A DNA stretch of 64,000 nucleotides from Bacteroidota bacterium (GTDB lineage: Bacteria > Bacteroidota > Bacteroidia > AKYH767-A > 2013-40CM-41-45), in contig JADJSV010000002.1 of assembly GCA_016711505.1 (NCBI GenBank), positions 442,839-506,838 on the forward strand, in the 5' to 3' direction. Each line of letters begins with the position of its first letter. Within the stretch, counting starts at the first letter, position 1. Positions 1 to 9,900 of this stretch are shown piece by piece. Under the pieces are notes generated by a model. That model saw nothing but the letters and a program-made list of their open reading frames with translations. It did not search any database and was not told where the DNA came from. The translations under genes and the position numbers were made by a program.

Positions 1-52
1 CTTGATACATTCTAATTATTACTTAACAAAGCCACAGAAAAACCAGTCATAT

Positions 53-1122
53 ATGAAATCTGTAAATAAATTAAAGTTGGTCAGTCTCGCTCTTGCAATT
101 GTTGCAATGGCAGGGAGCACTGTAAAGGCCGGAAATCCGGACCGTATCGGTCAGGCCGGAGCAACTGAGCTATTGATCAACCCATGGGCAAGATCTTCCG
201 GTTGGGGTGGAGCAAACAGTGGGGCGGCAGAAGGACTTGAAGCTCAATTCCTGAATGTTGCCGGTATTGCACATACTAAAAAACGGAAGTTCTCTTCAGT
301 CATACAAACTATCTGCAAGGATCAGGCATAACATTAAATTCTTTTGGTATCGCTCAGAAAATGGGCGAAAGCGCTGTCCTTGGACTCAGCATTATGTCAA
401 TGGCATTTGGTGAAGTTGATATCACAACAGTCGATCTTCCTGAACCTAGTCTTGGAACTTACTCTCCGCAATATATCAATATTGGTATCTCGTATGCAAA
501 AACGTTTTCGAACTCTATCTATGGCGGACTAACACTTCGTATCATCGATGAGAGTATCTCTAACGTGAGTGCCGGAGGTATTGCAATTGATGCCGGTATT
601 CAGTATGTAACAGGAAACAACGAAGAGAAGAATAACATTCGTTTTGGAATCGCATTGAAAAATGTTGGAACACCACTTCAGTTTGGTGGTGACGGACTTT
701 CTACCCGTGTAGATGCACCGAATACCAACAATGTTTATCAGTTAACTGTTGAACAACGCACAGAGGGTTTTGAAATGCCGTCTTTGATCAATATTGGTCT
801 TGCTTATGATTTCATCATGGCTAAAGAACATGTACTTACTCTTGCCGGAAATTTTACTTCCAACTCATTCACAAACGATCAGTTTACAGGCGGACTTCAG
901 TATTCATTCAAAAAATTATTTTCACTTCGTGGTGGATTCACTTATGAAGACAATTTATTTGATGATGATTTGCGTACAACTGTGTATTCAGGGCCTTCTG
1001 CAGGATTAACAGTAGACGTTCCAATGGGATCAAGTGGTAAAAAGTTTGGAATTGATTATTCTTACCGTGCTACTCAACCTTGGGATGGCATCCATAGCTT
1101 TGGATTCCGCTTTATTTTGTAA
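53..1122 (+). pseudogene. porV: T9SS outer-membrane beta-barrel PorV/LptO family, split by a 1-nt frameshift (may be a sequencing artefact)
   Basis: ATG at 53 gives signal peptide MKSVNKLKLVSLALAIVAMAGS, followed by GNPDRIGQAGATELLINPWARSSGWGG, which is typical of PorV. Frame 2 stops at 331. Frame 1 reopens inside the A6 run 278-283 and reads ..AHTKK|TEVLFSHTNYLQGSGITLNSFGIAQKMGESAV.. on to the aromatic barrel end ..HSFGFRFIL. Confidence 0.7.
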
Positions 1123-1153
1123 AAAGAAATTTTAGTATATTTGTGCAAATAAA

Positions 1154-1184
1154 CAAGACTCCCTCACCGGAGTCTTGTTTTTTT
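1154..1184 (+). terminator. Rho-independent terminator after porV
   Basis: Stem CAAGACTCC (1154-1162) pairs with GGAGTCTTG (1169-1177) around a 6-nt loop, followed by T7 (1178-1184). Confidence 0.6.
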
Positions 1185-1220
1185 ACTTTAAATCAGAATA
1201 GAACAATAAAAAACGTTAGT

Positions 1221-1691
1221 ATGTCATTACAATATTTTACAGCTGAAGGATTAAAGAAATTACAGGACGAATTAAATCAGCTTAAGACAGTAGAACGTCC
1301 AAGTATCTCTAAACAAATTGCAGAAGCGCGCGATAAAGGTGATCTGTCTGAAAATGCCGAATACGATGCAGCCAAAGATGCTCAAGGCTTACTTGAATTG
1401 AAAATTTCGAAACTTGAAGAAGTAGTTTCTAATGCACGTATTTTAGATGAAAGCAAAGTAGATATTTCACGGGCTTTGGTCTTGTCAAAAGTAAAGATCC
1501 GCAATAAAGCAAATAACTCGGAGATGACTTATCTGCTTGTAGCAGAAAACGAAGCCGACCTTAAACTCGGAAAAATTTCAGTTACCTCTCCGATCGGAAA
1601 AGGATTGCTGGGAAAAAAAGTTGGCGAAGTCGCAGAGATCGCTGTACCATCAGGTAAGCTGGAGTTTGAGATAATCGATATTACCAGATAA
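1221..1691 (+). CDS. greA: Transcription elongation factor GreA
   Basis: Starts at ATG 1221 (MSLQYFTAEGLKKLQDELNQLKTVERP..). The coiled-coil N-domain carries DLSENAEYDAAKD and is followed by a C-terminal FKBP-like domain. The ORF-track start at 1143 is a spurious 5' extension through the porV terminator. Confidence 0.9.
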   Translation: MSLQYFTAEGLKKLQDELNQLKTVERPSISKQIAEARDKGDLSENAEYDAAKDAQGLLELKISKLEEVVSNARILDESKVDISRALVLSKVKIRNKANNSEMTYLLVAENEADLKLGKISVTSPIGKGLLGKKVGEVAEIAVPSGKLEFEIIDITR

Positions 1692-1693
1692 TT

Positions 1694-1780
1694 GATTTCG
1701 GATTTCGGATTGGTGTTGGCGCTTAGTTGTGTTCTGTATTCAAGGCTGTGATTTTAATCCGAAATTCGCATTCCGAAATT
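1694..1780. repeat. Inverted arrays of the heptamer word GATTTCG (3'-end hairpin)
   Basis: Left arm GATTTCGGATTTCGGATT (1694-1711). Right arm AATCCGAAATTCGCATTCCGAAATT (1756-1780), the imperfect reverse complement. Spacer about 44 nt. It lies directly after the greA stop. Confidence 0.5.
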
Positions 1781-1797
1781 TTTTAAATAGAAATCCA

Positions 1798-2193
1798 ATG
1801 GCATCAATATTCACTCGTATCATTAGTGGTGAAATTCCTTCCTACAAAATAGCGGAGGACGAAAACTATTTCGCTTTTCTTGATATTAGTCCTCTTGCAA
1901 AGGGGCATACTTTGGTAGTGCCGAAAAAAGAGACCGATTATATTTTTGATATTTCTGCTGAAGAACATGCAGGTCTATGGAAGTTTGCCCAAAAAGTTGC
2001 GAAGGCAATCGGAAAAGCTGTTCCATGCAAAAGAGTAGGAGTTGCAGTCATTGGCTTAGAAGTCCCTCATGCTCATATCCATCTTATTCCAATGAACAAA
2101 GTCAGCGATATGAATTTCGCAAGTCCGAAGCTTTCGTTTTCTGCGGAGGTGATGGAGGAGGTTGCAATCAGTATAAGATCAGCTATTATTTAG
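1798..2193 (+). CDS. HIT-family (histidine triad) nucleotide hydrolase
   Basis: MASIFTRIISGEIPSYKIAEDENYFAFLDISPLAKGHTLVVPKKE.. and the histidine triad HAHIHLIP. ATG 1798 is preferred over the track start at 1729. Confidence 0.85.
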   Translation: MASIFTRIISGEIPSYKIAEDENYFAFLDISPLAKGHTLVVPKKETDYIFDISAEEHAGLWKFAQKVAKAIGKAVPCKRVGVAVIGLEVPHAHIHLIPMNKVSDMNFASPKLSFSAEVMEEVAISIRSAII

Positions 2194-2264
2194 TTCAAAG
2201 TTCAAAGTTCAAAGTTAGCTTCGTAGGTGACTACGAAGCCAACTTTGAACTTTGAACTTTGAAC
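2193..2264. repeat. 72-nt palindrome built from (GTTCAAA)x3 arms; putative bidirectional terminator
   Basis: GTTCAAAGTTCAAAGTTCAAAGTT-AGCTTCGTAGGTGACTACGAAGC-CAACTTTGAACTTTGAACTTTGAAC. The HIT stop (TAG 2191-2193) and the ruvC stop (CTA 2264-2266) abut the stem ends. A second copy lies at 12157. Confidence 0.7.
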
Positions 2265-2860
2265 TACTTAGAAACTCTCCCCGGATTAGCCGAAACAAAC
2301 GCCTTCCAGCTCCCGCCTTTTTTAGCATTCCCTGCGGAGGCAGCTTTTCCCTGAAAATGGTGACATACGGCTGCGGCAAGTCCATCAGTGGCGTCAAGGT
2401 ATTTCGGAGTCTCTTCGTAGCTTAAAAGCGTCTGTAGCATGGCTGCGACCTGTTCTTTGGAGGAATTGCCATTGCCGGTGATGCTTTGCTTGATCTTCTT
2501 GGGCGAATACTCAAAAATCGGTATAGAACGGGACAGTCCGGCTGCCATTGCCACGCCCTGTGCCCGGCCTAACTTTAACATTGATTGCACATTCTTCCCG
2601 AAAAATGGAGCTTCAATGGCCAGCTCATCGGGGTGATATCCATCAATAAGAGTAATCGTTTTTTCAAAAATGGATCGTAGTTTTAAAAAATGGTCATCCA
2701 TTTTTTCCAGTGATATGATGCCAAGTGCTACAAGTTTTATCTGCGAACCTGTAACGCTGATAATTCCATAACCCATTATATTTGTTCCGGGATCTATACC
2801 TAAAATTATTTTTTCCTGCTTTGGCAATTTGATTGTGTACGAATAGTTTTTAGATGCCAA
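2264..2860 (-). CDS. ruvC: Crossover junction endodeoxyribonuclease RuvC
   Basis: ..[18 protein letters not shown].., ..[21 protein letters not shown].., ..[13 protein letters not shown]... The track start at 2860 is TTG. An internal TTG at 2827 ([14 protein letters not shown]) is an alternative start. Confidence 0.85.
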   Translation of the reverse strand: MASKNYSYTIKLPKQEKIILGIDPGTNIMGYGIISVTGSQIKLVALGIISLEKMDDHFLKLRSIFEKTITLIDGYHPDELAIEAPFFGKNVQSMLKLGRAQGVAMAAGLSRSIPIFEYSPKKIKQSITGNGNSSKEQVAAMLQTLLSYEETPKYLDATDGLAAAVCHHFQGKAASAGNAKKGGSWKAFVSANPGRVSK

Positions 2861-2900
2861 TTCTCAACAAATACTTTCCTTATACTTGTTGAATTCTTCT

Positions 2901-3887
2901 ATGGAACAAAGAAAGTCAAATATTTCCATTTACGGGTGGCGTGCATTCAAATTACTCATTGCAGTTATTGCATTCTGGTTTGTTTATAAAAAGATTTCTG
3001 AACAAAAGGATTCTGAAGCATATTTCCTGCAATTGAAAGAAGCATTAGGTCAGTCAAATACGATGATTTCTTTGATACTCGTATTGATCCTCATGTTCTT
3101 CAACTGGCTCACTGAAGCTTTAAAGTGGAAACTCATGATTGCCAGAATTGAAAAGATCTCTCTTTTCCGGTCGCTGGAAGCGGTGTGTTCGGGTTTAACG
3201 ATCAGTATTTTTACTCCTAACCGGATCGGAGAATATGCTGGCCGCGTTTTTCACCTGGAGAAAGCAAATAAAATTCAGGCAACACTTATTACTGTTGTCG
3301 AGAATGTAAGTCAGTTGATCGCAACATTGCTGATCGGTTCAATTGCTTCCATTTATTATTTTTCTGTATTTTCTGAACTGTCTTTCTCATTGAGTTTTCT
3401 TTTCATCACGATCCTGCTCACGGTTTCCTTTATTTCATTACTGGGATTTTTCAATATCCGATTTCTTGAGAATGTACTTTTAAGATTTCGCTTTTTGAAA
3501 AAGTGGCAATCTACATTTCATGTATTGTCTGAATACAGCATGAGCGAACTCCTGAAAGTTTTTAGTCTTGCTGTTCTGCGTTATTTTATTTTTGTCATGC
3601 AATTCTATATCCTCATCCGGATCTATGGCGGCGACACTGCATTCGTGCCTTCTGTAATAATGATTGCAATGACCTATCTTGTTATTACGATCGTGCCCAG
3701 TATTGCGTTGGTAGAATTTGGTATAAGAGGTGCAGCAGCATCTTATTTTTTTTCCGCGATCACTCTGGATATTTTGCCGGTACTGAATGCTGTGTTTTCA
3801 CTCTGGCTGATAAATCTTGCTATCCCTGCGCTTGCCGGTGCAATTTTTATGCTGAACTTTAGGATCGGAAAAACGCGATCGGAATGA
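2901..3887 (+). CDS. Polytopic membrane protein, flippase-like / lysyl-phosphatidylglycerol-synthase TM-region family
   Basis: About 8 predicted TM helices. Its stop overlaps the start of the downstream GT2 gene (ATGA at 3884-3887), suggesting translational coupling. The family assignment is by resemblance only. Confidence 0.55.
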   Translation: MEQRKSNISIYGWRAFKLLIAVIAFWFVYKKISEQKDSEAYFLQLKEALGQSNTMISLILVLILMFFNWLTEALKWKLMIARIEKISLFRSLEAVCSGLTISIFTPNRIGEYAGRVFHLEKANKIQATLITVVENVSQLIATLLIGSIASIYYFSVFSELSFSLSFLFITILLTVSFISLLGFFNIRFLENVLLRFRFLKKWQSTFHVLSEYSMSELLKVFSLAVLRYFIFVMQFYILIRIYGGDTAFVPSVIMIAMTYLVITIVPSIALVEFGIRGAAASYFFSAITLDILPVLNAVFSLWLINLAIPALAGAIFMLNFRIGKTRSE

Positions 3888-5003
3888 TTGTTTCTTTAGT
3901 CTTACTGGTAATTACAATAATTTATTCTGCCTTTATTTTCTGGTGTATGAAAGGCTGGAAAAAAAACGCCGGCCATGGTAAACGATCGAATATCAGTTTG
4001 CGAACGATTGATGTCATTATTGCAATCAGAAACGAAGAGCGTACTATTCTTCGTTTGCTCGAACAACTTTCTGTACAAAGTTATGTGAAAAGTAATTTTA
4101 AAATTGTTGTTGTAGATGATCATTCGACTGACAACAGTGTCGCAATTGTAAATAATTTTTTTAAGTCTCATTCTGATATCAACGGCATACTATTGAATGC
4201 AGAAGGCACAGGAAAAAAAGCTGCAATGGCTCAGGCGATCAGGCAATCGGAAGCAGAATTCATTCTCACCACTGATGGTGATTGTATAGTTGGAGAAAAC
4301 TGGATTCGTTCTATGTGCGAGCCGTTTTCTGATCCTGAAATTTCATTTGTAGCCGGACCTGTTTTATTGACAGGCGGCAGTGGACTGATTTCAATTCTGC
4401 AGCGGATGGAAATGATCGGTCTGACAGGAATTGCAGGAGCTTCAATTTTAAACCATCGTGCAATGATGTGCAATGGAGCAAATCTATGTTTTAGAAAAAG
4501 TGCGTACGATAAAGTACAGGGCTATACAGGTTCTGCATTTGCATCCGGTGATGATACGCAGTTGATGCGGAAATTTCATTCGGAGAATCCGAAGCAATTG
4601 ACTTTTGTAAAATCAGTTTCTGCAATAGTGAAAAGTCATTCAGAACAAAAGCATTGGTTCATTCTGGCAGCAACGTCGTCGGTGGGCAACGAAAATTCCG
4701 TTTACGCTTTCGTTCTTTACTGTTTTTATTGCTGTTGTTTCGTGGTTTGTTCATGCAGGTTTGTTAGCAGGATTGATAGCATCTTTTTTCTATCCGAAGC
4801 TAAAGTTGATTTTTATTTCAGCCATCCTCATTAAGATTAGTGTAGAATTATTTTTCCTGAAAAAAGTAGGAAGAGATCTTGGACAGAAAACATTTTCTCC
4901 ACTTATTATTTTGATCCAGCCGTATTATTGGTTGTATATTACTTTAGTTGGGCTTGCTGTTCCCTTTGCGACTTATAAGTGGAAAGGGCGGAGGGTGAGA
5001 TAG
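3884..5003 (+). pseudogene. Family-2 glycosyltransferase with C-terminal TM helices, interrupted by a 1-nt frameshift
   Basis: GT-A motifs VVVDDHSTDNS and TTDGDC occur in frame 2. The processive-GT2 motif FWQQRRRWATK and four TM helices occur only in frame 0 (..SFWQQRRRWATKIPFTLSFFTVFIAVVSWFVHAGLLAGLIASFF.. to 5003). The join is consistent with one extra A in the run at 4647-4650. Confidence 0.7.
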
Positions 5004-5046
5004 GATTCAAAGTATTTAAGGTACAATAAAATTCCAAATTCTTTCT

Positions 5047-5194
5047 CCCGCAGATCCCGCAGATGAAGGCGCAGATAAGGGCGCAGATAGTGTTCGTCGA
5101 AATTATACCAGGTCGTTTTTCTTGCAATAGCAGTGAATAATTGGAACACAAGATCTGCGATTTTATCTGCGCCTTCATCTGCGGGATCTGCGGG
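5047..5194. repeat. Inverted repeat of about 44 nt whose arms are tandem CGCAGAT-containing units
   Basis: Left arm: CCCGCAGATCCCGCAGATGAAGGCGCAGATAAGGGCGCAGATA (5047-5089). The right arm (5151-5194) has reverse complement CCCGCAGATCCCGCAGATGAAGGCGCAGATAAAATCGCAGATCT. The first 32 nt are identical and the spacer is about 61 nt. It lies between two convergent 3' ends. Confidence 0.65.
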
Positions 5195-5326
5195 AAAAAA
5201 CATACAGTATTTTAATTTCGCAAAGATCTTTATGTCCTTTCTTCGTATTCCGCAGAAAAAATTTTCTTCCAAATGGACCAAATGTTGAAACGAACTCAAA
5301 GGTTGCTGTAAATTGAATTGGAAGTA

Positions 5327-6823
5327 TTATTGAACTAACATTTTAATAACATCACTTTTGCTTTCATTATAAAGTTTTACAAAATACATCCCTTTTGGAT
5401 AATTTTCAAGATCAAGATCGTAGGGTAACATTAAATTTTGAATGCTGGCTGATATTTGTCCATTTATATTGAAAATATGCAAAGTAACTTTTTCTTTGGC
5501 GCTTCCATAAATTATACTTTTTCCGTTCGAAGGATTCGGAACAAGCGTATATGTTCTTTCGTTTATAGTTTCTTTTATTGATGTTGAACTACATTCATTG
5601 CTAAAGATACTTCCCTTTGAACCTGAATACATATAAGTAGAAAAAGGAGGGTATAAAAAATTATTACTTCCAGGAAAATTAATAATTGTAAAGACAGAGC
5701 TGACACTAGTATGGTGGATGCCAACTGAATCAGGATGGCTATTACAGATTGTGTTACAGGTAGAATCAATTTTAATTAACATTGTAGATAGATTTAATCC
5801 TGTGCCAATAGTACTACTCAATAGAAAAGTGTTGTTGGCACATTCAATCAGATCAGTATAATAATAGTTGGGCCAATTAACGCCAGTAAAAGTTGTACAA
5901 AATTGAACCTGCCTTGTTGAATCAAGTTTTAAAACTGAAATTGAATCCGAGATTAAAGTCATTACTAAAGAACCATCAGATAAAATATCGACATCTGATA
6001 TTTTATTATTCTGAAAGTAATTTCCATTGATAATGGTTCCATTAGTATCAATTTCAAGTAGAACTGAAGGGTCGCTCGATGCTGTTTCTGTTTTTATAAA
6101 TATTGATGATCCATGAAATCCTATTATTTTATCCAGGTTTTTGCTGGAAAATTCATTTTTCCAAAGTAAAGTTCCGTCAGCGTCGAGTTTAAGTAAATAT
6201 GGGCCTTGACTGACAGCATACAGATCACCATTTTGATCTTCTTGTATGTCTCCAACAATTGATGACATTAATTCTCTGTTCCAGATGATATTTCCATTCT
6301 GATCGAGCTTAATGACTTGGAGGAAATCACGGCCATTGGTTGAACTTATTATTTTATCCGCATACAATATAACGAAAGCTGAATCCCTAGTCTGAATTAT
6401 AGTTGCAAGATTTGCCGAGTATGAGCATCCATAATTTCGTTGTAATGTAATTGCTCCAGTGGAATCAAGTTTAATAAAAACGACTTCGCTTCCAGCATAT
6501 GATCCGATTAAAGCACATCCTCCGTCAAATGTTGGGGTCAGTATTTTTGCATTAACTACTGCAGAGCCGGTTTCAATTCCAAGCTGATCAATCTTTACAG
6601 AGAATAATGTATCATCATTCTGGTCGAATTTAATTGCAAACATTGAATATGGATAATTTACTCCAGTTTTTCCGTAGATAAAATAACTCCCATTATGACC
6701 TTTACTGGAACCAGTTAGAATGGTTTTGGCAGAATCAAAATTAAACGTCTTGATAAATGTTTGTTGTTGTCCACTAGAAAATAGTGCATTAAAAAGCAGG
6801 AAAATCAAAAAGATAGTTTTCAT
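5327..6823 (-). CDS. T9SS cargo protein with repetitive beta-propeller-like body
   Basis: Signal peptide MKTIFLIFLLFNALFSSGQ, followed by repeated ..D..G.. strand-rich segments. C-terminal sorting domain ..YTLVPNPSNGKSIIYG..VTLHIFNINGQ..GMYFVKLYNESKSDVIKMLVQ. Confidence 0.7.
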   Translation of the reverse strand: MKTIFLIFLLFNALFSSGQQQTFIKTFNFDSAKTILTGSSKGHNGSYFIYGKTGVNYPYSMFAIKFDQNDDTLFSVKIDQLGIETGSAVVNAKILTPTFDGGCALIGSYAGSEVVFIKLDSTGAITLQRNYGCSYSANLATIIQTRDSAFVILYADKIISSTNGRDFLQVIKLDQNGNIIWNRELMSSIVGDIQEDQNGDLYAVSQGPYLLKLDADGTLLWKNEFSSKNLDKIIGFHGSSIFIKTETASSDPSVLLEIDTNGTIINGNYFQNNKISDVDILSDGSLVMTLISDSISVLKLDSTRQVQFCTTFTGVNWPNYYYTDLIECANNTFLLSSTIGTGLNLSTMLIKIDSTCNTICNSHPDSVGIHHTSVSSVFTIINFPGSNNFLYPPFSTYMYSGSKGSIFSNECSSTSIKETINERTYTLVPNPSNGKSIIYGSAKEKVTLHIFNINGQISASIQNLMLPYDLDLENYPKGMYFVKLYNESKSDVIKMLVQ

Positions 6824-6971
6824 TTTTTTTATAGGTCTATATTGTAAAAAGCCATAAATCTCAGGAATTCAATTGAGAAATCCAGATGTAAATTAGCTTA
6901 AATTGTTGAAAACTCAAGCCGGAAAACCGATTTTAAAATGGCTATCTTTATCTCCCAATTTTAAATGAAAA

Positions 6972-9900
6972 ATGCCTTCTTTTAGCCATCTCCACGTCCA
7001 TACACAATTCTCTTTACTGGACGGTGCTGCCGATATTTCTGATCTGTACAAAAAAGCGGTAGCAGATAAAATGCCCGCTATTGCAATCACTGATCATGGA
7101 AACATGTTCGGTGCTTTTAAATTTGTTGCAGAAGCTTCGAAGTTTAATAAAGATGGAACTGTCATAAAACCAATCGTTGGTTGTGAATTTTATGTTGTAG
7201 AAGAACGGCACAAAAGGCAATTTACCAAAGAAGATAAAGACAAGCGTTTTCATCAGTTATTTCTTGCAAAGAATGCTGAGGGTTATAAGAACCTTGTAAA
7301 AATGTGTTCACTCGGATACATTGAAGGTTTGTATGGAAAATATCCGCGGATAGATAAAGAACTGGTACTTAAATATCACAAAGGCTTAATAGCAACAACG
7401 TGCTGTCTTGGCGCTTCTGTGCCGCAAACAATTTTGAAAAATGGGGAAGCTGCAGGTGAGAAAGAATTTAAATGGTGGCTTGATCTGTTTGGCGACGATT
7501 ATTACGTTGAATTACAACGACACGATATTCCTGAACAAAATAAAGTGAACGAAGTGCTTTTGCGCTTCGCAGAAAAATACAATGTGCATGTGATTGCTTC
7601 CAATGATTCGCATTACGTAGATCAGGAAGATTACAATGCACACGACATTTTACTTTGTATCAATACCGGTGAAAAGCAAAGCACAGAGAAGCTGAAAGAT
7701 TTTTCTGATGATGATGGTTTCAGCAAAGGAAAACGATTTGCATTTTACAATGATCAGTTCTATTTCAAGACGACTGATGAAATGGGAAAATTGTTTTCGG
7801 ACATTCCCCAGGCAATTGATAATACCAATCGCATAGTAGACAAGATCGATCCGCTAAAACTGAAGCAGGATATTCTTCTGCCGCATTTCAAAATACCGGA
7901 AGGCTTTACTACACAGGATGAATACTTAAAACATATAACTTATCTCGGAGCAAAAGAGCGATACAAAGACCTCACTCCGGAAATAGAAGAACGGATCAAC
8001 TTCGAATTGTTTACCATTCAGACAATGGGATTCGCCGGATATTTTATAATCGTTTCTGATTTCATTCAGGCAGGAAGAGATCTAGGTGTGTTGATCGGTC
8101 CGGGTCGTGGTTCAGCAGCAGGTTCAGCAGTTGCATATTGCATTGGGATTACAAACATCGATCCGATAAAGTACAATTTACTATTCGAGCGTTTCCTTAA
8201 TCCGGATCGTAAGAGCATGCCCGATATTGATACTGACTTCGATGATGTCGGTCGTCAGAAGGTGATAGATTACGTTGTAAACAAGTACGGAAAGAATCAG
8301 GTTGCGCAGATCATTACCTATGGTACGATGGCTGCGAAGATGAGTATCAAGGATGTTGCACGTGTTATGGATCTGCCATTAGCGGAGGCAAATACACTTG
8401 CCAAACTTGTACCTGAAAGACCGGGAATAGAATTGAATCGGGTTATCCTCGCACCAATTGATGGTGAGAAAAGTCTGAAGACAAAAGAAAATTTAAGCAG
8501 TGAAGAAATAGAGGATTGTAAGAAACTCAGAACGATCTATGCAGGAACGGATCTATCTGCAAAAGTTTTGAAGGAAGCAGTCATTCTTGAAGGCTCTGTC
8601 CGGAATACAGGAATTCATGCGGCAGGAATTATCATTGCTCCAATGGATCTTACTGATATTATCCCTGTGTCTACATCCAAGGAAACACAGTTACTCATCA
8701 CTCAGTACGATGGAAAAGTGATCGAAGATGCCGGAGTTATCAAGATGGACTTTCTTGGATTGAAAACTCTTACCATTATCCGTGATGCATTGATATTGAT
8801 CGAAGCAAATCACGGAGTAAAAATTGTAATAGATGAAATTCCTCTCGATGATCAGAAAACATTAGAATTATATCAGCGTGCAGAAACAAACGGAACATTC
8901 CAGTTTGAGTCGGCAGGTATGCAAAAATATTTACGTGAATTAAAAGCCGATAAATTTGAGGATCTCATTGCAATGAATGCATTGTATCGTCCGGGTCCGC
9001 TTGAATATATTCCGAATTTCATTGCGCGTAAGAATGGAAGAGAAGCTGTAAGCTATGATCTTCCCGAAATGGAAGAGTATCTGAAAGAAAGCTATGGTAT
9101 TACAGTATATCAGGAGCAGGTAATGTTGCTTTCGCAAAAACTTGCAGGATTTACAAAAGGTGATGCTGATACATTGCGAAAAGCAATGGGTAAAAAACAA
9201 CTCGACGTCCTGAATAAAATGAAGTCGAAGTTTGTTGAAGGATGTGAAAAAAATGGTCACGATAAGAAAGTTTGCGAAAAGATCTGGGTGGATTGGGAAG
9301 CGTTTGCATCTTATGCTTTCAATAAATCCCATTCAACTTGTTACGCTTTCGTTGCTTTTCAGACTGCATATTTAAAAGCACATTATCCGGCTGAGTACAT
9401 GGCCTCAGTCCTTACTCACAATTTAAGTAACATCGATAAGATCACATTCTTCATGGAAGAATGCAGACGTATGGGTGTTCCTGTACTGGGTCCGGATGTG
9501 AATGAAAGTATTTATAATTTCGGCGTAAATAAAAGCGGACAGATTCGTTTCGGATTAGGTGCGATCAAAGGAGTAGGCGAAGCAGCTGTTCAGTCTATCA
9601 TCGACGAAAGAGATGCAAATGGTCCTTACAAAAATATTTTCGACTTAGTTCGCAGAGTGAATTTGAGAGCGGCAAGCAGAAAAACATTTGAGAACCTTGC
9701 TTACGGTGGTGCATTTGATTCATTCACTGAAATGCATCGCGGACATTTCTTTGCAGAAGATAAAGATTACAATACATTCCTCGAAAGAATTCTCCGCTAT
9801 GGAAATAGTATTCAGGAGGCAAAAAATTCTTCACAGCACTCATTATTTGGAGAAAGCAGTGGAGTAGAAATGCCAGAACCGGTTATCCCTAATACAGAAG

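Noticed and set aside
1143-1220. Long N-terminal extensions suggested by the ORF track (greA from 1143, HIT from 1729, 16201-start ORF, TonB receptor from 15230).
   Set aside because: The extensions run through terminators or palindromes, or use TTG. Internal ATGs (1221, 1798, 16321, 15221) give canonical N-termini or signal peptides.
2193-2264. Possibility that the short tandem repeats (here and at 12157, 16146 and 27690) are CRISPR arrays.
   Set aside because: The period is only 7-9 nt with no unique spacers, the arrays are palindromic or microsatellite-like, and no cas genes are present.
5047-5194. Invertible (phase-variable) promoter flanked by inverted repeats.
   Set aside because: The spacer is only about 61 nt, both neighbouring genes point towards the element so no promoter is needed, and no recombinase gene is nearby.
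4939-5299. Minus-strand ORFs of 79 and 108 aa between the GT2 gene and the T9SS cargo gene.
   Set aside because: They are read straight through the CGCAGAT inverted-repeat element and overlap the end of the GT2 gene, so they are artefacts of the repeat.
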